Origin: Bacillota bacterium
GTDB lineage: Bacteria > Bacillota_I > Bacilli_A > RF39 > UBA660
NCBI GenBank assembly: GCA_015059425.1
Contig: SVAM01000005.1
Coordinates: 13,998 to 77,997, forward strand
Direction of reading: 5' to 3'
DNA: 64,000 bases
Made by a program: the position numbers and the translations under genes. The notes beneath the pieces are model-generated. The model was not told the DNA's origin. It made no database searches and worked only from the letters and a program-made list of their open reading frames with translations. Shown here piece after piece: positions 59,030 to 64,000 of the stretch (its first letter is position 1; the number at the start of each line of letters is the position of its first letter).

Positions 59030-60178
59030 ATGAACTATAATATAGCTAATAAAAATGATGAAATGGTTATGGCTTTAATTCATTATTTTATTACAGAAGA
59101 GAATTATAACCCCATTGTAGTAAAAGGGGTAAAAGATGAAATATGGTTAGAAAATTTAGACGGACCGTATAGAATAATAAGAATAAATTCTAATTATATA
59201 CATAATGATGAGCAATATAAATTTGACATATTTAAAACTAAAAATATAATTAAACAAATAAAAAAGAAAACATTATCATTAAATATAAATACTTTAAATA
59301 TATTTTTAAATGTTTCAGATAATGTTAAATTTGATAGTGATACTAAAAATATTTCATCTGTTAAATATGATGAATTAAATGAAATAACAGAAGATAAAAA
59401 TATATTAGAATTATTTCCAAAAATAAAAAATAAATTAATTAAAGATAAAGAAGGTATAGATTTATTAGTAAACGTTACTAATGATATAAATACGAAAACC
59501 GTTAAAGAAAATGAAACATATAGTAAAATATTTTCGCCTAAAAAAACAATTATTACACCTATACTAATAGCAATATGTGTATTTATGTTTATTTTAATGT
59601 ATGTATTTGGTAGAGGTAGCGAAGATGTATTAACATTATTATTATTTGGTGCAAATAATAGGATGCTAGTTGAAAGTGGACAAGTTTGGCGTTTAATTAC
59701 AAGTATGTTTTTACATATAGGAATTATTCATTTAATAGTTAATATGTACTCATTGTTTGTAATTGGAAAACAACTTGAAGGATTTTTAGGAAGATTTAAA
59801 TATTTATTAGTATATTTAGGAAGTGGATTCTTAGGATCATTATTATCAGTAGTTATGCATGAAGGTGTATCTGCTGGAGCTAGTGGGGCAATATTTGGTT
59901 TATTAGGGTCATTACTTTATTTTGGCTATCATTATAGATTATATTTAGGAGCAGTTTTAAGAACGCAAGTAATTCCTATAATTATAATAAATTTATTAAT
60001 TGGGTTTAGTTTATCAGGTATAGATAATTTTGCTCACATTGGTGGGTTAGTAGGAGGTTACCTATTAACAATGGCATTAGGTGTTCCTGGTAAAACAAAG
60101 AAAAGTGATCAAATAAATGGATCTATCGTATTTGTTTTATTAGTGGCATTTTTAAGCTTTGTATTATTTAGGTATTAG
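59030..60178 (+). CDS. Rhomboid-family intramembrane serine protease with an N-terminal cytoplasmic domain
   Basis: 'GASGAIFGLLG' is the catalytic Ser motif and 'AHIGGLVGG' the catalytic His. Six TM segments in the C-terminal half. Confidence 0.8.
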   Translation: MNYNIANKNDEMVMALIHYFITEENYNPIVVKGVKDEIWLENLDGPYRIIRINSNYIHNDEQYKFDIFKTKNIIKQIKKKTLSLNINTLNIFLNVSDNVKFDSDTKNISSVKYDELNEITEDKNILELFPKIKNKLIKDKEGIDLLVNVTNDINTKTVKENETYSKIFSPKKTIITPILIAICVFMFILMYVFGRGSEDVLTLLLFGANNRMLVESGQVWRLITSMFLHIGIIHLIVNMYSLFVIGKQLEGFLGRFKYLLVYLGSGFLGSLLSVVMHEGVSAGASGAIFGLLGSLLYFGYHYRLYLGAVLRTQVIPIIIINLLIGFSLSGIDNFAHIGGLVGGYLLTMALGVPGKTKKSDQINGSIVFVLLVAFLSFVLFRY

Positions 60179-60182
60179 AGAT

Positions 60183-60896
60183 ATGGAAAGATTACAAAAA
60201 GTTATAGCAAACAGTGGAATAACATCACGAAGAAAAGCAGAAGAATTAATATTAAAAGGAAAAGTTAGAGTTAATGGTAGTGTTGTCAAAGAATTAGGTA
60301 TTAAAGTTGATGGAAATGATATTATTGAAGTTGATGGAGCTACTATAAATAGAGATATACCTAGAGTATATTATTTATTAAATAAACCTCGTGGAGTAAT
60401 TACAAGTGTAAGTGATGATAAAGAAAGAAAAACTGTAATTGATTATATTAATACGGATGAAAGAATATATCCAGTAGGAAGACTCGATTATGATACTACG
60501 GGAGCTTTAATACTTACCAATGATGGAGAACTTGCTAATTTGCTTACTCATCCTAAAAACCAAATAGAGAAAACATATATTGCTAAAATAGAAGGTATAC
60601 TTGATAAAGATGGAATAAATAGTTTAAAAAAAGGTGTAGTAGTAGATAATAAAAAAGTAGAAATAAAAAATTTTAAAGTAAAAGAAAAGAACTTTGAAAA
60701 AAATACTTCTTTAATAGAAATTACAATAATTGAAGGAAGAAATCATATTGTAAAAAAAATATTTGAAACATTAAAACACCCGGTAATAAGACTTACTAGA
60801 ACAAGTATAGCTTTTATAAATATTAATGATTTAAAAAGTGGAGAATATCGTAAATTAAGTATAAAAGAAGTTAAGAAACTATATAGTTTAAAGTAA
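60183..60896 (+). CDS. rluB: RsuA/RluB-family rRNA pseudouridine synthase
   Basis: S4 'MERLQKVIANSGITSRRKAEELILKGKVRVNG'. Catalytic 'GRLDYDTTGALILTNDG'. Confidence 0.85.
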   Translation: MERLQKVIANSGITSRRKAEELILKGKVRVNGSVVKELGIKVDGNDIIEVDGATINRDIPRVYYLLNKPRGVITSVSDDKERKTVIDYINTDERIYPVGRLDYDTTGALILTNDGELANLLTHPKNQIEKTYIAKIEGILDKDGINSLKKGVVVDNKKVEIKNFKVKEKNFEKNTSLIEITIIEGRNHIVKKIFETLKHPVIRLTRTSIAFININDLKSGEYRKLSIKEVKKLYSLK

Positions 60897-60912
60897 CTGT
60901 ATAGTTTTTTTC

Positions 60913-60939
60913 ATAAAAAAAGAAGAATTATTATTCTTC
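60913..60939 (-). terminator. Terminator of the ferredoxin gene
   Basis: On the minus strand, hairpin 'gaagaat-aata-attcttc' overlapping the stop codon, followed by T7. Confidence 0.5.
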
Positions 60940-61239
60940 AAAACAATGGCACCCACAGTTATGTTCTTCTGTGCAATGACATTCATCACATTCGCATTCT
61001 TCATCACAGTGGCAATCATCGCAATCGCAATTTTCACAATCGCATGCATTACTTTCATCTAAGCTAATTGCACAAGTAGGACAAGAATCTATTGCACTTG
61101 CAAGTTCGCTACTTTCTAAATTAACATTATTTATTACACTTGATAATCCTTCATCATTAAATTCAAAATGTTCTGGATCAATTGCAACACAAGCTCCACA
61201 ACCAATACAAGCTTCAGGGTTTACTTTAATTTTTTTCAT
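60931..61239 (-). CDS. 4Fe-4S ferredoxin fused to a Cys/His/acidic-rich metal-binding tail
   Basis: 'CIGCGACVAIDP...CPTCAI' is the ferredoxin Cys pattern. The tail 'CDCENCDCDDCHCDEECECDECHCTEEHNCGCHCFEE' has 12 Cys and 4 His in 38 aa. Confidence 0.7.
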   Translation of the reverse strand: MKKIKVNPEACIGCGACVAIDPEHFEFNDEGLSSVINNVNLESSELASAIDSCPTCAISLDESNACDCENCDCDDCHCDEECECDECHCTEEHNCGCHCFEE

Positions 61240-61350
61240 CTAACATTCTCCTAACAAATTAATTATAGCAAAACTTTTATAAAATGAAAAGATAAAGACT
61301 TTTAAAAGATATAAAAATATGTTATTATTATTCTAAAGGGTGTGGTCTTC

Positions 61351-62208
61351 ATGCAAACAAGAATGCAAAAGTATTACGACGAAGAGAATAACAATACGTT
61401 ACTTAGACAACAAAAAAATGAAAATTTATACGAAAATATTAAAAATTGTGAAGTAGATGATTATAGATTAGATACTAATATTACAGTACTAGATAATGAT
61501 GTTAAAAATATAGATGTTGAAAGAATTAAAAAAATACTAGATACAAAGTATAATCAAACTCCAAAAAGAAGAAGTATTGTTATTGAAGAACCAGAAGAGG
61601 ATATTGATATTAGTTTGGATGAAACAAGAGAATATGATATAAATGCAATACTTGAGCGAGCTAGAAGTGAAAAAGAAGACAACTACGAAAAAGAAAGACT
61701 AAAAAAATTACGTGATACTCAGTTTGATATATTAAATAGTTTAAAAATTGAGCCTGAAAAAGAAGAAAATGTTGAGGAAGAACACAATGATAATAATGAA
61801 TTAATGGAACTAATAAATACAATAACTGCCAGAGAATTAAATTTAACAAAAAATATACCCGAAAAAGAAGATTTAGATCCGTTAGATATTTTAACAGATT
61901 TAAAAGGCAGTGATGATACAATTATTATTGGTGGCGCTAAAGATGAAGAAAGCATAGGAGAAACATCACCAATTATGTCATTAGAAGAAGCTGAAAAAAT
62001 TAAACCTCAAATATTAGAAGAAAGTAAACAAGATTTAACTAATACTCTACAATTTACACAAAGTGATTTTGATGATTTTAATGATTTAAAAAAAGAAGTT
62101 AAAACTAGTAGAGCGTTAATATATACAATAATAGTATTAATAAGTTTAATAATATTTGTAGGATTAATTATATTTTTAAATAAATATTTAAATTTATCTT
62201 TATTTTAA
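61351..62208 (+). CDS. Highly acidic hypothetical protein with a C-terminal TM anchor
   Basis: ORF after the RBS 'aaagggtgtgg'. About 30% Asp/Glu. C-terminal 'ALIYTIIVLISLIIFVGLIIFL'. Confidence 0.5.
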   Translation: MQTRMQKYYDEENNNTLLRQQKNENLYENIKNCEVDDYRLDTNITVLDNDVKNIDVERIKKILDTKYNQTPKRRSIVIEEPEEDIDISLDETREYDINAILERARSEKEDNYEKERLKKLRDTQFDILNSLKIEPEKEENVEEEHNDNNELMELINTITARELNLTKNIPEKEDLDPLDILTDLKGSDDTIIIGGAKDEESIGETSPIMSLEEAEKIKPQILEESKQDLTNTLQFTQSDFDDFNDLKKEVKTSRALIYTIIVLISLIIFVGLIIFLNKYLNLSLF

Positions 62209-62223
62209 AACATATATATTAAT

Positions 62224-62967
62224 ATGAAAAATAGTTTTAAAAGTAAATGTAAACATAACAATAAAATACTTAGTATAATAGTTTTTATTACTATACTTTT
62301 TGTTATTAGTTTTACATTTTTTTTATTACAAAATTTTAATAAAAAAACTAACAATAATTTAATAGAAATAACATCGGCTGAAATAAATAAAGTTATATAT
62401 AGTTTTATAACTGATAAATTAAATAATAGTATTTTAAATACAGAAACTTTAAGTGATGTACTAATTATTAATAAAAATAAAAATGATGAAATATTATATG
62501 TTGATTTTGATCTAGATAAAGCTTATAAAATATTAGATAATGTTTCTAATACATTAACATCTTCATTAAAAAAAATAGAAAATGGTGAAATAAGTGTAAA
62601 ATATTATGATGATTTATTAAGTCATAATAGTAACTCTTTAATATTATCAATTCCAATTGGTAACATTTTAAATAGTGTTTATTTTTATAATTTAGGTCCT
62701 AAAATACCAGTTAAAATAAATTTTGTTGGAAGTGTACTTACAAATTTAGAAACTAAAGTAACAAATTATGGTTTAAATAATGCATTAGTTGAAATGTTTG
62801 TATATATAGAATTTCATACTAATATTATAGCTCCTTTTAAAACAGAAGAATTAATACTTAAATATGATGCAGTTATAGCAAGTATGATGATAGAAGGGAA
62901 AGTACCAAGTTTTTATAATGGTGTATTGGAAAGTAAAAGTAATATACATAATGAAACTATTAATTGA
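62224..62967 (+). CDS. yunB: Sporulation protein YunB
   Basis: N-terminal TM segment. 'LGPKIPVKINFVGSV', 'FVYIEFHTNIIAPF' and 'MIEGKVPSFYNG' parallel B. subtilis YunB 'GPRIPVRM...QGKVPDVYNNG'. Confidence 0.7.
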   Translation: MKNSFKSKCKHNNKILSIIVFITILFVISFTFFLLQNFNKKTNNNLIEITSAEINKVIYSFITDKLNNSILNTETLSDVLIINKNKNDEILYVDFDLDKAYKILDNVSNTLTSSLKKIENGEISVKYYDDLLSHNSNSLILSIPIGNILNSVYFYNLGPKIPVKINFVGSVLTNLETKVTNYGLNNALVEMFVYIEFHTNIIAPFKTEELILKYDAVIASMMIEGKVPSFYNGVLESKSNIHNETIN

Positions 62968-63023
62968 AATAAAAATCTTGACTTTAAATCTTTAGTTTGA
63001 TATATTATTAATGCAAACGAAAT

Positions 63024-63072
63024 GGCGATGTAGCTCAGTTGGCTAGAGCGGCCGGTTCATACCCGTGCGGTC
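63024..63072 (+). pseudogene. 3'-truncated tRNA-Met copy (acceptor 5' strand, D-arm, anticodon arm and variable loop only)
   Basis: 'ggcgatgtagctcagttggctagagcggccggttCATacccgtgcggtc' parallels the first 49 nt of the intact tRNA 32 bp downstream. No T-arm or acceptor 3' strand follows. Confidence 0.5.
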
Positions 63073-63103
63073 TAGCGAGATTACAAAGCCATCAAGTTTT
63101 TAC

Positions 63104-63180
63104 GGCGGGATAGCTCAGTTGGCTAGAGCATGCGGTTCATACCCGCAGTGTCGGGGGTTCGAATCCCTCTCCCGCTACCA
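63104..63180 (+). tRNA. tRNA-Met, elongator type (anticodon CAT)
   Basis: 'ggcgggatagctcagttggctagagcatgcggttCATacccgcagtgtcgggggttcgaatccctctcccgctacca'. Close to Bacillus elongator tRNA-Met. A tRNA-Ile(LAU) identity cannot be fully excluded. Confidence 0.8.
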
Positions 63181-63427
63181 AAAATGAAGTTTAAGAGTAC
63201 TTGAAAAAGTATTCTTTTTTTGTGTTTTGTCTAGATTTAGTCTATTTGACATTTTTTTAGTAGTTTTTTAAAAATTATAGTTCAGTGAAAAATGCTTTAA
63301 CTGATTTAATGATTTAACAATCGTTACAGGGGTTAACTTTTATAATTAATGCAAATTAAACCATAATTAATGCATATAAAAACACTTATAATATTAATAT
63401 AGTATCATAAGTGCTATTTTAATTACT

Positions 63428-64000
63428 TTAATATTTAGATAATCTAATATTACTACCTTTATTTGTGGCTTTTAAGAATTCAATTCTAATGTTTTGACTT
63501 TCAAATATACTTAAAAGACTTTTTAAATCTCTTGTTAGCCACGAACTACTTTTTGGAAAACCAACTATACCATAGTCGCTAACATAAGCTCTTAATATAT
63601 TATACAAATCAGTTGCGCTACCTTGCCAATTATTTTGTTTATCCATAAATTCTATAACTGCTTGTACTAATACATTATTTTCAATTACTTGGTCATTTTG
63701 ATTATTAACATTTTCTTTGTAACATTCTAAAAATTCATTACCTAAACCATCTTTTATTGATTCGGCAATACAATAACCCCATTTTAACCAATCAGCAGTC
63801 CTTGCCGAAATATTTATTTTTGTGTTATCATATATTTGTAATGCTTTTGCTAGAGTTTTAAATATTAAGTGCAATAACTCAGGTTTTAAAGCATTCCACT
63901 CATTGTATATAACTCGTTCTTCTTTATAGTTCTTAATTCTTTTTAAATTAATTAGAATAGACCTATCTAGTATATCTTCACGAGTTGCAGGGCAATTAAT
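63428..64000 (-). CDS. Hypothetical protein, N-terminus beyond the window
   Basis: Minus-strand frame open from the 3' window edge down to the stop at 63428. Located about 250 bp after the tRNA-Met. Confidence 0.4.
   Translation of the reverse strand: MNCPATREDILDRSILINLKRIKNYKEERVIYNEWNALKPELLHLIFKTLAKALQIYDNTKINISARTADWLKWGYCIAESIKDGLGNEFLECYKENVNNQNDQVIENNVLVQAVIEFMDKQNNWQGSATDLYNILRAYVSDYGIVGFPKSSSWLTRDLKSLLSIFESQNIRIEFLKATNKGSNIRLSKY

Overview
This is a 64 kb chromosomal segment from a very AT-rich (roughly 25-28% GC by eye) endospore-forming Firmicute of clostridial type. No searches or alignments could be run; every call rests on reading motifs and gene order in the supplied translations. 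The backbone is a conserved core with many sporulation genes. These include the tail of addB followed by addA, a LemA/DUF2207 pair, rpsT, gpr-spoIIP, murG-murB-ftsQ, queH, rlmD, rpmB (found by hand; it is absent from the ORF track), spoVID with a ysxE-like gene, and a yutD / CotS-like / nifU trio. Further along are two tRNA clusters (Leu on the minus strand; Ser, fMet, Asp and Phe on plus; a later elongator tRNA-Met), dacF, der, a T-box leader in front of thrS, spoIVA, pepT, rplI, dnaB, a LysM/M23 peptidase, a yycJ-like gene with rlmH, ung, gerQ, priA, sigG, ylmC, lspA, rluD, a second LemA pair, a rhomboid protease, rluB and yunB. Several small accessory islets of unknown function interrupt this backbone. 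(1) A tandem pair of paralogous ~245-aa genes with duplicated RBS and start context, divergent from an orphan GspE/PilB-type ATPase (15.8-17.4 kb). (2) A RhuM-Fic fusion, a decayed dinD gene behind a perfect palindromic operator, and an unknown gene, all between spoIVA and pepT (39.2-41.8 kb). (3) A divergent pair of XRE regulators with small downstream genes (33.5-35.5 kb). (4) A cluster downstream of the tRNA genes carrying DUF3419-like, TspO and HNH-like genes (27.9-30.4 kb). (5) A tRNA-Met preceded by a 3'-truncated copy of itself and followed by the start of a minus-strand gene that leaves the window. Other oddities are a frameshifted SAM methyltransferase at an A6 run, a ThrRS that lacks its N-terminal domain, a ferredoxin with a Cys/His-rich tail, and a priA terminator hairpin that buries the sigG RBS. 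No CRISPR array or transposase is visible. If the window holds an undescribed system, the candidates I rank highest are islets 1 and 2 and the tRNA-Met junction.
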